A stretch of DNA of 63,005 nucleotides, filler included, from Octopus bimaculoides (GCF_001194135.2; 6 parts of 6 records of this genome joined end to end with filler, not necessarily neighbours in it), one strand, 5' to 3'; positions 11,783 to 25,240 are shown, counted from the whole stretch's first letter. Notes: a model not told the origin generated them from the letters alone. Numbers and translations are program-made.

Positions 11783-11809
11783 GACGTTTCGGGCGTAGCC
11801 CTTCGTCGG
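11783..11809 (-). ncRNA. Degenerate minimal hammerhead motif in a Penelope-type terminal repeat
   Basis: CCGACGA A GGGC-TAC-GCCC GAAACGTC. Stem II and GAAAC-GUC are perfect; there is one core substitution and stem I is lost. Confidence 0.5.
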
Positions 11810-12537
11810 AAAGATGGAAAGTTCGGAGAATGGAAGAACGGAGAAAGAGGAAAATGGTACCGATGCCCACGAGGTGAGAGAGAGAGACAGAGTGAGAGAG
11901 AGAGACAGAGAGAGAAAGAGAGTGAGAGACAGATATACATGTATACGTAGTCATGCACGAAACGCGGACCACTTGAGTTACTTTTGTGGATTGCTTTCGA
12001 TTAAAAATTGTATGTGTATATATGTGTATATCATAATAAATTATATATAATATTATATAATATTATATTATATTATATTATATTATACTATATTATATTA
12101 TATTATATTATATTACATTATATTATATATTATATTACCCTGTATCATATTGCATTACATTATACGCTGACTTTTGAATTATCGTGTAAACGTGAAACCT
12201 AACACCATATGACACCAACTGAATAAGTAGCTGTTTACGTAGGTGTGTGCCTGTGTAGGAGTATGGGTGTGGCTCTGTGCATGCATGTGTGTGTGCTTAT
12301 GTGTGTGTGATTGAATGTGTTTGTGTTGTTTGTTTTTCTTCACTGAAAAATAACACAAGTGTTTGAATTACTTGAACGTGTGTCTATCATGAATGTTTGA
12401 TAAACAAAATTTCTTAATATATTTTCTCACCGATATTTTCTTAAGAAATATTTGCCAGGGTAAAATGATATATCTTCGCTTTTGTATTTCTCTTTTTTAA
12501 CCTGGTCGCTCTTATGTTTTGGTTTTTCTGTTTGTGA

Positions 12538-12578
<41 letters not shown>

Positions 12579-12588
12579 NNNNNNNNNN

Positions 12589-12621
<33 letters not shown>

Positions 12622-12980
12622 CGTGTTTGTATAGGCAAGCATGTATATGCGGCTGTTCTTCGATATATGATTGCAGGGTAAAGAAAAATGTAAAACATTT
12701 TAAACTGGTAAATATGGTTTAAGATATACTCACAAACATGCGTATACATACGTACATACACACACATATATATATTATATATGTATATATGTATGCATGT
12801 ATTTTTTTTTTTTGCTTTACAGTTGCATACACATGTATATAGACATAGGCAAATTCCCATACATATTCCGTGTGTTTTTATATATATGCATACATACATA
12901 TATACATATGCACATATATGTATATATATATTATATATTTATGTTTACACACGCATACATACAGATAGTTTATTTATATT

Positions 12981-13044
<64 letters not shown>

Positions 13045-13525
13045 CAGACAGACAGACAGACAGACAAAAAGAGAGAGAAGGAAATGATTACTGAGAAAGG
13101 TGGGCCACTTCCATTTTATATATTCTTTAATTTGTTCCTTTATCCATTTTCCATTTCTTTTATATTCTCTCTTCACTTTTTTTCTTTCTTTTTTATGTTG
13201 CAACATCTGTGACTTTTGCAAAATCAGCGAAATATATATTTTTTTTTGTTGTCTTTTAGTGTTGTTCGCTTTTATATTCATTTTCTTCATCATTTTCCTT
13301 TCAACTGGCATAAATTCAAAAGTCGATTACATTAAAATATTTAATGCTTATGTTAAACGAAATCATGGTTAAAATAATTTTTACTATGACTATCATTGTT
13401 AACGGTTTGAGTTCCAATACCGCCGTGGTCGAAACTTCGTCCTTTCAAGTACCAGTTGAGCACTGAGGTCGATATAACCAACTTACACCATCCCCCTAAA
13501 TTGCGGACATGTGCCAAAATTTTAA

Positions 13526-13527
<2 letters not shown>

Positions 13528-13583
<56 letters not shown>

Positions 13584-13920
13584 TTTCTTTTCTTTCTTGC
13601 ATTTAACCCTCCAACGCGAAGTATAGGCCACTTTTAATTGAATTCCATGTCGCATAATTTCTCGCTTCTGTACTTACACTCTGCCATGAATGTCTCCCTT
13701 TCTCTAGTTCCTTTTGTGTTGATCTACGCCACGAGTTCTTAAGCCTACCCCTCTTTCTATATCCATCCGGATTCAAATGTAAAGCACTTTTCGTTGCATT
13801 TGGTGTGTCCTTTCTAATTGTGCTACTAATCCACTTCCACTTTTTCTTAAATATTTACTCTCTAATCGAAAATTGATTCGTTCTTTGCCATAGCTCCATA
13901 TTGCTTATGTGGTCGGGCCA
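13528..13920 (-). mobile_element. 5'-truncated RTE-clade LINE 3' end with (AAT)n tail
   Basis: 13920-13603 translates WPDHISNMELWQRTNQ..*IFKKKWKWISSTIRK...ALHLNPDGYRKRGRLKNSWRRS..., a typical RTE ORF2 C-terminus with one premature stop. (ATT)n lies on both sides. Confidence 0.88.
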
Positions 13921-13924
13921 CATA

Positions 13925-13963
<39 letters not shown>

Positions 13964-15556
13964 TCCAAGGGGTTAGGGTGTTGCACTCACGATGTCGAGA
14001 TCGTGGTTTCACTTTCATGGCCGGGTGGTGCGTTGAGTTCTTGAGCAAAACACTTCATCATCATCATCATCATCATCCCCATCATCATCATCATCATCAT
14101 CATCATCGTGAACAACCACAACACCTGCATCAACATCAAAATGTTTGTTTTTCTCTTGCTTTCTTTGTTTTCAAGTAGTAGAGTGGAATATATTCTTTAA
14201 ACGAATCCCTCTTTTTTTTCCACAAAGATATTTATGCAATGCAACCACTAAACCACCTTCAAAAAGTTATCGGAAAAAAATTATTATGAATAATTGAAGA
14301 TATTTTAATATTTTCGTCCGAGAGAAAGGAAAGAAAGACCAAATGTTAATCAATGTCGATTATATTTACACTTTTGTAACATCTGACACGAATTATATTG
14401 TACTGCATCATACTTTGTGTTCTTTGTGTTCTCTTTTATTAAAGACATTTGTTAGTTTCGTTCCATGTTCCGGCTGAAGAATGGACCACCAGCATTCTTT
14501 CATTGTCAGTGTTAGAATTGGCGGGAAATTACCACACCTTCATCCAGCTGTTTATGTGTTATTATGTCATGCATTCCAAAGAATTTTCTTATACCATTGT
14601 GGACTGTTCATTCGAAATACAATACCGGATTAGATACATACTGTGAGAGTTCCACTGTTTCAATTCTCGCTTTCTCTCTTTTCCTTTCTTTCTTTCTTTC
14701 GTTTCCTGTCTCGGGTCTCTTTTTTTCAATCGCAATGCCGCCTTTAGTCCCTCTTTCGTTCTCGTCTGCAAAAGTTGCCTCCCTGCTATAGCTTTTTATA
14801 CCGTTTATTCAATCCTGTGGTGCATTTGCTACACCAGTATCCTTCAAAAAAAAAAAAAAAGTACTTGATAACCCTTTCACCTCTTGTNNNNNNNNNNNNN
14901 NNNNNNNNNNNNNNNNNNNNNNNNNNNNNNNNNNNNNNNNNNNNNNNNNNNNNNNNNNNNNNNNNNNNNNNNNNNNNNNNNNNNNNNNNNNNNNNNNNNN
15001 NNNNNNNNNNNNNNNNNNNNNNNNNNNNNNNNNNNNNNNNNNNNNNNNNNNNNNNNNNNNNNNNNNNNNNNNNNNNNNNNNNNNNNNNNNNNNNNNNNNN
15101 NNNNNNNNNNNNNNNNNNTATATATATATACATATAAATGATGTTAATAGCGATAGTATATTTATGTTTAAATGATTCTGTATAGATCGCCATTCCCTCC
15201 ATACCAACCAGCCTTGTTTTCTGTGGACAATTCATGTAACGTTGCTAACCCCTAATTCGACCTCCCCTCATTTCTTGGGGCCAAGTATCACAGTATTGCA
15301 ATGACTCATCTGCTATAACCTGCGAAGAGACAGAGCGAGAAGGAGATGAGGAGAAAAATGTTCCAGTATTTCATAGATAATTTATTTATCGACAACGAAA
15401 GAACGAAAAACCAAGATGAACTTGATAGCGTCTGAACTTTTAATACAAAAGGTTTGAACAATTCATGCAAATAATTGGCCCTCCCGTTTGCATAATATTG
15501 TATAATCAAACTGAAAAACATCATAAAGAAAACACTGATATTTCAGTAAAATTAAA

Positions 15557-15775
15557 GCGGTGAGCTGGCAGAACTTTTAGCATACTGAGCAAAGCGCTTA
15601 GCGGCATTTTGTCCGTCTTTGCGTTCAGAATTCTAATCCCGCCGAGGTCGACTTTGCCATTCATCCTATTGGTGTCGATAAAATAAGTACCAGTTGAACA
15701 CTGGGGATCGATGTAATCGACTTTCGTCGTCCCCCGAACTTACTGGCCTTATGCCAGAATTTGAAACCGATATCT
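15557..15775 (+). mobile_element. SINE family B (further + copies at ~13405-13520, ~16410-16575, ~21563-21730, ~23025-23140)
   Basis: Same head, B-box and core as 19389-19605. Confidence 0.85.
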
Positions 15776-17887
15776 CCGTAACGTGTTTGCGATAAAGATT
15801 TCCTTTTTATATTCTCTGCAGCCTTTATTCTGCCCTGTTGTTCCTGACTCACAACATAATAGAGAGGAACACATCTCTAATTAATTATAATATTCATTCA
15901 CTGTAGCCGTTTGAATACAGTGGATTTGTTATTAAAAGCAGTGAATCAGATTTTATTTAATAAAGTAATTTGATGTTTCTTAAGAAGAAATGGTTACTAA
16001 GAAGCTATTTCTTTGAACCTATATCTGAAAAATCAGAATGTAGACATAGAGATACAATAGTTCAGATAACAAGAAAGATAACAAGAACCAGTAAAGTAAT
16101 GAAGTTGATGGCACCAGGAGGCAACCGAAAACTATACTGATTGAATCATATTATATAGATCAAACCACAAAAAGGCGAGGAATAGGGTCCTTTTTCAAGA
16201 GCTGACATTGCGACGGGATTTGAATTTCTTGCTTTCGATTTTCGATAGATATTATAAGCTAGATTTCATTTTTCTATTTCGTTCGTAATATTCTCAATAT
16301 GAACTCGTATATTAAAACAGATCTTGTTGTATCACGGGAGGGTTATTATGTCAACAATAAACACACACACTGGTCCTATTTCATTTCTTTATTATTATTA
16401 TTATATAAAATGCATAGCGGTATTTCGTCCGTCTTTACGTTCTGGGTTCAAATTCCGCCGAGTTTGATTTTGCCTTTCATCCTTTCGATGTTGATAAAAT
16501 AAGTACCAGTGAAACACTGGGGTCGATGTAATCGATTTTTTTCTCTCACCAAAAATTTCAGACCCTATGCCTATAATAGAAAGGATTAACATTAGTCAAC
16601 ATTTAAACAATTAACTAATTAGTTGTTTGATTAATCGTTCGTTCATTTAATCAATCAACTAGTTTTTTAAACACTTTTCGTCGCCATTCGTGACTTCTTC
16701 AATAATCTGTCCTTTCTACTACAGGCCCGCTTTATGTGTGTGTGTGTGTGTGTGAAAGATATGAACTATAACAATGGAAGATATGAACTTACCTTATCTA
16801 TACTTTCTCTCAATAATGATATCAAATGTAACAGGACCACACATTTTATGGAAGAGCACGGTAAGTTAGAGGCCAATGATTCAGAGTTTATTTTAGCGAT
16901 GCCGGAAGGAAAACAAAGTAGACGTTGGTGATATTTGAACCAAAAAGAATCTAAAAGGACGCAACCAAACACCACAAAACGTTTTCTTTCTTCCCTGTTT
17001 TCTTTTCCTATGGATCTTTTAATTCAGCCACCTTCGGCCCCTACCTTCAGTGGTTATTCATTTTAGATTATTTGCTTTCATTGCGAAGCATGAATTATTG
17101 GTGAAAATGACGATACCATTTTTGTATTACGATTACAAACTCAACCGAATTTCAGATAGATACGTTTTACTACGAATCGACCTGCTGGAAGGACGCAAAA
17201 AGTAAAACAAAATTCACAAGAAAAAATATTCTACTATAAACTATCTTCTGTATTTTTAGTATCCTATTGGGTTTGGATGTAAATGAGGAATCTATAAAAG
17301 ACTTCTGTAATAATAGATGATCGTGGGTGTTCTTTTTTATCGACTGCAGAGAAACGTAAATTATTTCTTAAGTTACGAATTCTGGACGATGTGAATCCGT
17401 TCTGTGAGTGAGAATAAGAAACTGAAGCTAGAAACTAAAAAGCCATTTAAACAGAATATATTTCTCATCCGATTAAAGTTAACCAAACTGAAGATAAGTG
17501 CCAGCTTATTTTCAATTTTTATTGAGGCAAGAAAAATGATTTTAACATATTCCATTACCAATGTAGAATTTCTTTCTGTCATCTTAAATGCTATTCGGTT
17601 TCATGACTTTTGGAAAGATTTATCAAATGTTCGTCCAAATAGTTGTCACCAAAAGTAGATAGACTTTTTATATACAATGGATCTCACGATGAAAGTTTTC
17701 ATACGAAAACTAATATTTTGCGTTGTTATTTCTTGGCACAATGCTAACATTAATATTAGTAAGCTATCATATCCACAAGAAATAGGAAATTAAAACAGAG
17801 ACAAAACGAAAGTTTTGTGTGAGCGATAGCTAAATGGACGTTTATATGTGTGTAACTGTGTGTGCATGTATACATATATATATATAC

Positions 17888-17943
<56 letters not shown>

Positions 17944-18649
17944 NNNNNNNNNNNNNNNNNNNNNNNNNNNNNNNNNNNNNNNNNNNNNNNNNNNNNNNNN
18001 NNNNNNNNNNNNNNNNNNNNNNNNNNNNNNNNNNNNNNNNNNNNNNNNNNNNNNNNNNNNNNNNNNNNNNNNNNNNNNNNNNNNNNNNNNNNNNNNNNNN
18101 NNNNNNNNNNTATATATATATATATATATATATATGCATACATACATACATACATATATATATACATACATCGGTGTTTGAGTGCGTCTGAGCTATCTAA
18201 ATGTGCATGAAACTTACAATAAAAATTTAAGTCCTCCAATGAAGTGATTTATTACCCCGAGAGTGCTCAAAAACAGATTAGACAATGGAGTTATTATCAA
18301 CATCTAGGTGAAATAAATATATAGAAAAATATAAAGCAAAGAGCTCTGATTCTTTGTGCAAATACACCATTTTTCTGAATTTTTCAACCGATTTAGAAAA
18401 TGACAGGTTCCCATGAGGCTTGCTCTAAATCAAAGTCTGCGAGGATGTACTGAATATAAGTGATCTAAACGTAAAAAGGATACAAGGTAAGTAGTTTTAC
18501 AGTTATCTCGTAGGCACTTTAAATTTCTTTGAAAACATCTTATTATATTAAAATTTTTATCTTACAATTAACTAAATTGGCATAGAATAATAGTTTCATA
18601 TTTTTTTATAATTAAATTCTAAACTGCCAATGCGAATGAGATAGTTGAA

Positions 18650-18679
18650 TAACCGTAAACCTACTTTTGGGCCACCCTG
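18650..18679. mobile_element. Solo Tc1/mariner-like terminal repeat
   Basis: Reverse complement reads TA|CAGGGTGGCCCAAAAGTAGGTTTAC. No partner TIR was located. Confidence 0.45.
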
Positions 18680-18753
<74 letters not shown>

Positions 18754-19136
18754 TAAATCTCAGGGTAGCAAAAAATTTAGAAATTCTTTTTGCTACCGGT
18801 GGTCTAGCGAGAAGAAAAAAACTAGTCAATAGACTATATATTATTCATATAAATACATACAGTGTACATTTAAACACATGACAGCTGTCCATAATAGGAC
18901 ATCTCGTATTTATGTGTTAATCTTGGCTTTCCGGCTGATGATAGCTGGCTTTACAAATTATTTTATTTTGCTAAAAATAGCTTAAAACCTTGGTTCGGGA
19001 AATAGATGGTAAATGGTTTTATTTTTCATTACCTTTCGAAATTATCCCTAATTGTAGTTTGGAGTTTTGACTGCTACCTCTAGCGGGTTAGATGTCCTAT
19101 TATGGACATCTCTCTTATGTGTTTAAATGTACACTG

Positions 19137-19179
<43 letters not shown>

Positions 19180-19388
19180 AGAGAGGGGAAGGGAGGGAGG
19201 TACGAATGTATGTGTGTTAAGCAGGGCCTGTTAATTTGTTCTATGGGAAGGATCGTAGTAGGCTACATACAGTTTCATGGATAAGAGGTGACGATGGGAC
19301 TGACGGAAATAATAATGATATGTATTTGGAATTGTCCAAATATTGACAAAGCATGAGAGATTGTTTATATTATATTTAGTTACACCAA

Positions 19389-19605
19389 GGCGGCGAGCTG
19401 ACAGAATCAATAGCGCGCTGGGGAAAATGCTTAGCGGTTTTCGTCCGTCTTAAAGACGTTCTGAGTTCAAATTCCGCCGAGGTCGACTTTGCTTTCATCC
19501 TTTTGGGATCGATAAAATAATCACTAGTTGAGCACTGGGGTCGATGTAATCGACTCATCCCCCCTCCCCCAAAATTGCTGCCCTTGTGGTAAAATTTGAA
19601 GCCGT
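19389..19605 (+). mobile_element. tRNA-derived SINE, family B (possibly Nin/Deu-domain type)
   Basis: GGCGGCGAGCTG.CAGAATC head, GAGTTCAAATTCC B-box, GGTCGACTTTGC.TTTCATCCTTT.GGG.TCGATAAAATAA core. The domain name is from recall. Confidence 0.85.
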
Positions 19606-20452
19606 TATATTTAGTTAGGTCATCTTCCCCTACGTTTCATTAACATAAGGTGATAAATTGTTACATAATGCAAATTCTATAATCATCATTTTAAAACGTC
19701 AGAGACGTGTCACTACTATATATAATATTGGTTTAAAATGTTGGTACAGGCCTAACAATTTCGGAAGTCGATTACATTGATCCACGTGTTTAAATGGAAC
19801 TTGTTTTATCGACACCCCACCCCCCACCCCCAGGATGAAAGGCAAAGCCGACCTCGGCAGAATCTGAACTCAGAACGTAAAGACGGACGAAATGCCTCTA
19901 ACATTACTAGATTGAAAATATGACAGTATTTCTCATCGTAGTTATGGCTCGCGACTGCACCGAAAGCGCTAGTGAAGGAATGTGATACGGATGTGAGATA
20001 GTGGGGAGGAATTTAACGCAGCACAGACAAGAGAAAGAATGCTATCAGACAATCTCTGAAGTAGTTGTGGTCATTTTCTAACTGGCTGTTTTATTGTTTT
20101 GTTTTGTTTTTTGCTTGTTTTATTTATCTGTTATTTTCCTTTGATGTGCGTTAAAAACTTGCGTTAAAACTTGGCAAAGAGCGCCTGTTTTCTGTTCCAG
20201 TGGGTATCATAGATATATTTATCTCAGCAAACATAAACGTACGCTAATAATATATAAATATACACACAAATACAATCCACATACACAGACACACTGACAC
20301 ACACACGCACACGCACGCAGACATGGTGGTGGGGTGAAGAAAAAGAGAGGAAGATAAACTTATACACATAAGCATACATATACCTAAACACCACACATAC
20401 ATATAGACAGACAGGCAAACAGACAGACAGACAGATAGATAGATAGATAGAC

Positions 20453-20490
<38 letters not shown>

Positions 20491-20534
20491 NNNNNNNNNN
20501 NNNNNNNNNNNNNNNNNNNNNNNNNNNNNNNNNN

Positions 20535-20546
20535 TTAATTAATTAA
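20535..20546. other. Assembly spacer TTAATTAATTAA inside N-runs (also 27872, 32047, 51779, 59560)
   Basis: An identical 12-mer with stops in all six frames, always isolated between Ns. Confidence 0.9.
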
Positions 20547-20590
20547 NNNNNNNNNNNNNNNNNNNNNNNNNNNNNNNNNNNNNNNNNNNN

Positions 20591-20758
20591 AAATCTCAGG
20601 GTCAAACACTGTCTGTAGCTGGTCTTCTCTTGGAAGAGCCCTGCTTCTCACATGGACAACTGTATGTTGGCTGCTCAAGAGTGGGCAGCAAAAAAAACCT
20701 ATTTGTATATGCTCCACAAGGGAAAACAAGGAACATTGTTTACAACGAGGTGTTATAA
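20591..20758 (+). mobile_element. Helitron RepHel PIF1-like helicase C-terminal fragment
   Basis: Translates KSQGQTLSVAGLLLEEPCFSHGQLYVGCSRVGSKKNLFVYAPQGKTRNIVYNEVL*, with helicase motifs V/VI (KSQGQ, FSHGQLYV..SRV) and the NIVY.EVL terminus typical of Helitrons. The upstream part is in a gap. Confidence 0.92.
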
Positions 20759-20940
20759 TCACAACAGCAAGAAAGTATGTACATGATCACCTTCTTTTAC
20801 GAAACTTCATTAACTTTCATATATTTATATTGATATACATATATATACGTGTGTTTGGGTGCGTGTGTGTATATACATCTCTATATATAAAGATGATGCG
20901 TAGTCTAGACGGCGTTTTTAGATTTCATTATTCTCTTTAA

Positions 20941-20968
20941 CCCGGGCAACGCCGGGTATTTCTGCTAG
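20941..20968 (+). mobile_element. Helitron 3' terminus (hairpin + CTAG)
   Basis: CCCGG-GCAACG-CCGGG hairpin, 8 nt, then CTAG followed by T, 183 nt after the helicase stop. Confidence 0.85.
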
Positions 20969-20985
20969 TTTTTAAATACAATTAA

Positions 20986-21194
20986 CTCTTTAGCATTCAG
21001 ATTACTCTGTCATATGTAATGCTAATTTATTCACATTGTTTTGAATTAATTATGGCTTTTATTGGAGCTTCAAAGTTTCAATGATGTGATTGTTTATTTT
21101 TAGAATGACATAGTAGGGTACTTGTGAAAGGCCAAATCTAACTGATTTAAATATAAAGAAGTAGAATATTAGGGTCGGTTTAAATGCTAAAGAG
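20986..21194. mobile_element. piggyBac-like MITE (TTAA target duplication)
   Basis: TTAA|CTCTTTAGCATT ... AATGCTAAAGAG|TTAA, with perfect 12-bp TIRs. An inverted, diverged, truncated relative lies at ~44828-44985. Confidence 0.85.
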
Positions 21195-23626
21195 TTAAGC
21201 ATGGTTCTGGTTATTTACAAATAAACCAGCACATAAAGATTATGTCTTCAAAACATGGCAAAATGATGAACTCTAAAGACAGGCACCGAAATAGTTCTTG
21301 CTTTTGTTCAGCTCCAGGTCAGACCTCATCAAGCAGATTTTTGAACAAAGATATTTTAGGTATGACCATTCTGTCTTTTAGAGAGGAGGGTCCCAAACCA
21401 CTGGATCAGATCATGGACATGTCCAAGGTCATGGGATGATTTGGTAGAGGACTGCACAGAAGGTATAAACTTCTATATTTTATTTGTCATTTATTGACTA
21501 TCACAGTCTGTAGGATGCTTTTGCAGTATATATATGTATTATATATGTGATATATGTAATATAGGTGACGAGCTGGCAGAATCGTTAACACGCCAGCGGA
21601 AATACTTAGTGGTATTTCATCCATCTTTATATTCTGAGTTCAAATTCCATCAAGGTCAACTTTGCTCTCCATCCTTTCGGGGTCAATAAAATAAGTACCA
21701 GTTGAGCACAGGAATTGATGTAACCAACTTAACTACTCTTGGATGAGAGTATAAAAACTGCACCCCTCTGCCAAGCCACGTTGAGCCAGTTTGGCAGAGT
21801 AGGCTCACCAAACCCGTATGATCTCAATTTCAAATTCATGGCCTCCACATCAGACTGTGGTTGTTGGAAAGAACATGCTGAGCTCTTCATCCTGCAGTGA
21901 ACTGGACATAGGCCATTCCAATTCAATAAAATATATATGATATATTTGTACTATATATGTAATAACTAAATTATATATTATGCACTTTATTGTGTTTTGT
22001 TATGCATGTAATCCCTCTGGTCCATGGGAAAAATGAAACCAGTATGTGGTGCAAAAACGATTTGGGATCACTGTGTTAGAGTGTTCAGAATTACATTCAT
22101 ATTTTAGTGCAATTTGGGAGGGTCATTATACCAAAAATAAATACACATACTGGTTCCATTTCACTTTCTTATTATGCATCGATTGGTTTAACCAATTAAC
22201 TAATTGATTTGTTCAATAAATCATTCAGTTAATCAATCAATCAATCTGCTTCAACACACAAGGTCACATCAAAAATTTTGCAACTCAAGTACAAAAACGA
22301 ATAATATTCAAATGTTTTCTTCCACTATTTCAAGAGGGCAGAAAGAGACTAGGTTGCTATATCTAACTGACAGCTTATAATATCTGAAACAGCTTTGTTT
22401 CGTACTCTTGTTTATGTATCTTTTCACAAAGTGGGAGGTGGGAAAGTGGAAACAGCAATACTTGAAGAGAAATGGGGAAATGAGTAATTATTTTCAGTTA
22501 AGAAGTTGAAAGAAAAGTGCACATTAAGTGTTGAACCGACCTGACTAAACTTAACTACAAGTAGCTCAGATAAAACAATAAGCCAAGCAAAGGGTATGAG
22601 GTATTTTTAGCCACCAAGGAAATGGCATGGTGTATTTTTGGTCAATCAAACACAATGGCTAATAATGCTGCCTTAAAATGAAAACTAACAATCACCTTTT
22701 TTTTCTGACATTTTTGTTGTATGGATATACTTGGCTTGCAGGGCTAAGAAGCTTGCTTTGCAAACCACATGGTTTCAGGTTGAGTCCCACAGCACAGCAC
22801 CTTAAGTAAGTGTCTTCTGCTAAAGCCTTGGGATGACCAATACCTTGTAAATGAATTTGACAGATGGAAACTGTGTGAAAGCCTTTTGTATATTTAAAAT
22901 TACGTTATCTAATGCCTCCTTGTTTAAGACAGTAGGATGCAATTTGAGGGAATATGGCTGCCTATTTTATCAGGTCAAGCAACAACATTGAGGGTCTTTT
23001 GTTAGCTCAAAGTAGTGCTGATAAAACTGAGTGAGGGGAATAGCAGAATCGTTAATGTCAGTATTTTGTTTCAATCCTTTACATTCCAAGTTCAAATTAC
23101 ATTGTGGACAATTTTTAGCCTTCCATCTTTCCAAGTCAATAAAAGTTCTAGTGTATGGAATGCCAACACAAATGTGCACATTTTTCGGGAGTAGGGGAAT
23201 TTGTTTCCTCATAACTTTCAGAAAAATTATTTTTTAATGAAATTTTCTACAAATACTTTTCAGATGATTCAAATTATGATTGCATTGGAATTTAATGAGG
23301 GGGAGGGGGGGGGGAAACTAGTAGACGTGCATGTATGCATACAGACAGGCATCTCAAAATTTCCGAGTTAGATTTTGTAGACATATATGTGATGTGTCAA
23401 TAGGTATACGTGCCCACCATTTTCATTTTTTTCTTTTTTACTCTTTAAATTTATATATAATCGTAATGTACACAATCTGAGAGATATTTGCAAAAAATTA
23501 CATCTTGACATCGCTATTTTTCGTGTTTAAAGTTACGACGAAACAAAATCGTGTGAGGGCACAATTGTGTATGTAAGACCCACTGAAAAGCTGCAGTTGA
23601 TTTATATTTCCAATTTTATATCTAAT

Positions 23627-24150
23627 GAGCGAGATCGTTGCCAGTGCCCCTGGACTGGCTCTTGTGCGGGTGGCACATAAAATACACCATTTCGAGCGTG
23701 ACCGTTGCCAGTACCACCTGACTGGCCTTCGTAGGATTTTCGAGTGAGATCGTTGCCAGTGCCCCTGGACTGGCTCTTGTGCGGGTGGCACATAGAATAC
23801 ACCATTTTGAGCGTGACCGTTGCCAGTACCGTCTGACTGGCCTTCGTAGGATTTTCGAGTGAGATCGTTGCCAGTGCCCCTGGACTGGCTCTTGTGCGGG
23901 TGGCACATAAAATACACCATTTTGAGCGTGACCGTTGCCAGTACCGCCTGACTGGCCTTCGTGCGGGTGACACGTAAAAGCACCCACTACACTCTCTGAG
24001 TGGTTGGCGTTAGGAAGGGCATCCAGCTGTAGAAACTCTGCCAAATTAGATTGGAGCCTGGTGTTGCCATCCGGTTTCACCAGTCCTCAGTCAAATCGTC
24101 CAACCCATGCTAGCATGGAAGGCGGACGTTAAACGATGATGATGATGATA
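23627..24150 (+). mobile_element. RTE-type 3' UTR repeat with internal 115-bp tandem triplication and (GAT)n tail
   Basis: Units start at 23627, 23742 and 23857. Then GGCGTTAGGAAGGGCATCCAGCTG ... CCAACCCATGCTAGCATGGAA.GCGGACGTTAAACGATGATGATG. Confidence 0.85.
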
Positions 24151-24799
24151 ATGTATAATAGACGGGAATGTAATTATATAATAGATTAAAATTAATACTC
24201 ATCTGAGAATACTTAAGTACTCAGAATGAGTTTAGACAAGTTGTAACTTTCCAGCAGAAAGTTTGTGGAAATAACATGAAATTATTAAATGAAACTTAAT
24301 AACATTTGAGTGAAAGGAACTTCATCTGTGTCACGACAATGACCCGATTGATCTGAAAGAGGGGCGTGACATTAGTAACGCTTAGCAACATTAATTACGA
24401 TAATCAAGGGATAATGTAATAACATAGTATCTATTCAAGAACAATAGTGCTGATAATACAACAGGAAGGTGACGGAAAATATTTCTCTAATTATAACATC
24501 TCTTCACTAATTGTGCATACCAATGTGACCAACCACCAGTCAGTTCCTGTTTTAAGACAGTAGGGCGCGTAATTTAAGGGAGTTTAGCTGCTATTACTGG
24601 CATACTGAACGACCATGTAGAGGCTCTTTCGTCGGTTTAAGAAGGTTAGAAGAACCGTTAGAACGTAAAGACCGTAACTATATCTTCAGATTTTAGGTTA
24701 CGGACTATACAAGGGAACTTATAAGCGGTCATTGAACCTGTCAGAAATATCAGCCCAATTTCCTTCAAAACACGTAGCGCTTGTGGTGCACCGGATTGC

Positions 24800-24884
24800 G
24801 GTGGAAGTAAAGAAAACGCACATTTGGTGTTAGGGTTTTTTGTTACGCTGAAAACGGGTGGCGTGCGTATTCTTTACCTCCGCC
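24800..24884. mobile_element. Short MITE with TTAGGG-like core (MULE-like, ~9-bp TSD)
   Basis: TIRs GGTGGAAGTAAAGAAAACGCAC and (reverse complement) GGCGGAGGTAAAGAATACGCAC, flanked by CCGGATTGC / CCGGATGGC. Confidence 0.7.
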
Positions 24885-25240
24885 CCGGATGGCTGCGAAA
24901 GAATTAAAATTATATATATAAATACATCGATAGTAGAAAATGTAAATCCGGAGAAGTACACTCTATATTTTGAAGAGGTTTTAGGCCAACAGGTTTTGGG
25001 GTCTGACGATACGTCATAAAGTTAAACCTGTATGGACGAGAAACCCAGGGTAATCCCATAAACCGGCCTTCCCCAGTAAAAAATATATATCTAAAAAAGT
25101 ACAACCTGATATTTCAACTATAAAGCCGGGGTAAAGCAAGCAGTTGTTTCTTGATCGTGCTTTTTATTAAAAAAAAAGGAATTTAGTCATTTTCTGTAGG
25201 CTAAATCATTTATATTTTTTATTGTGTCTATAAATTAAAG

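Noticed and set aside
17350-17402. Possible micro-exon KRKLFLKLRILDDVNPF with AG/GT ends
   Set aside because: It does not resemble IP3K, and such signals arise by chance; it needs RNA-seq.
23627-23961. CRISPR-like repeat array
   Set aside because: The units are contiguous with no unique spacers, and the context is eukaryotic.
23498-24080. Three overlapping 120-160 aa ORFs with repeats
   Set aside because: They are a by-product of the 115-bp tandem unit (not a multiple of 3) in a retroelement 3' UTR; likewise 44928-45413.
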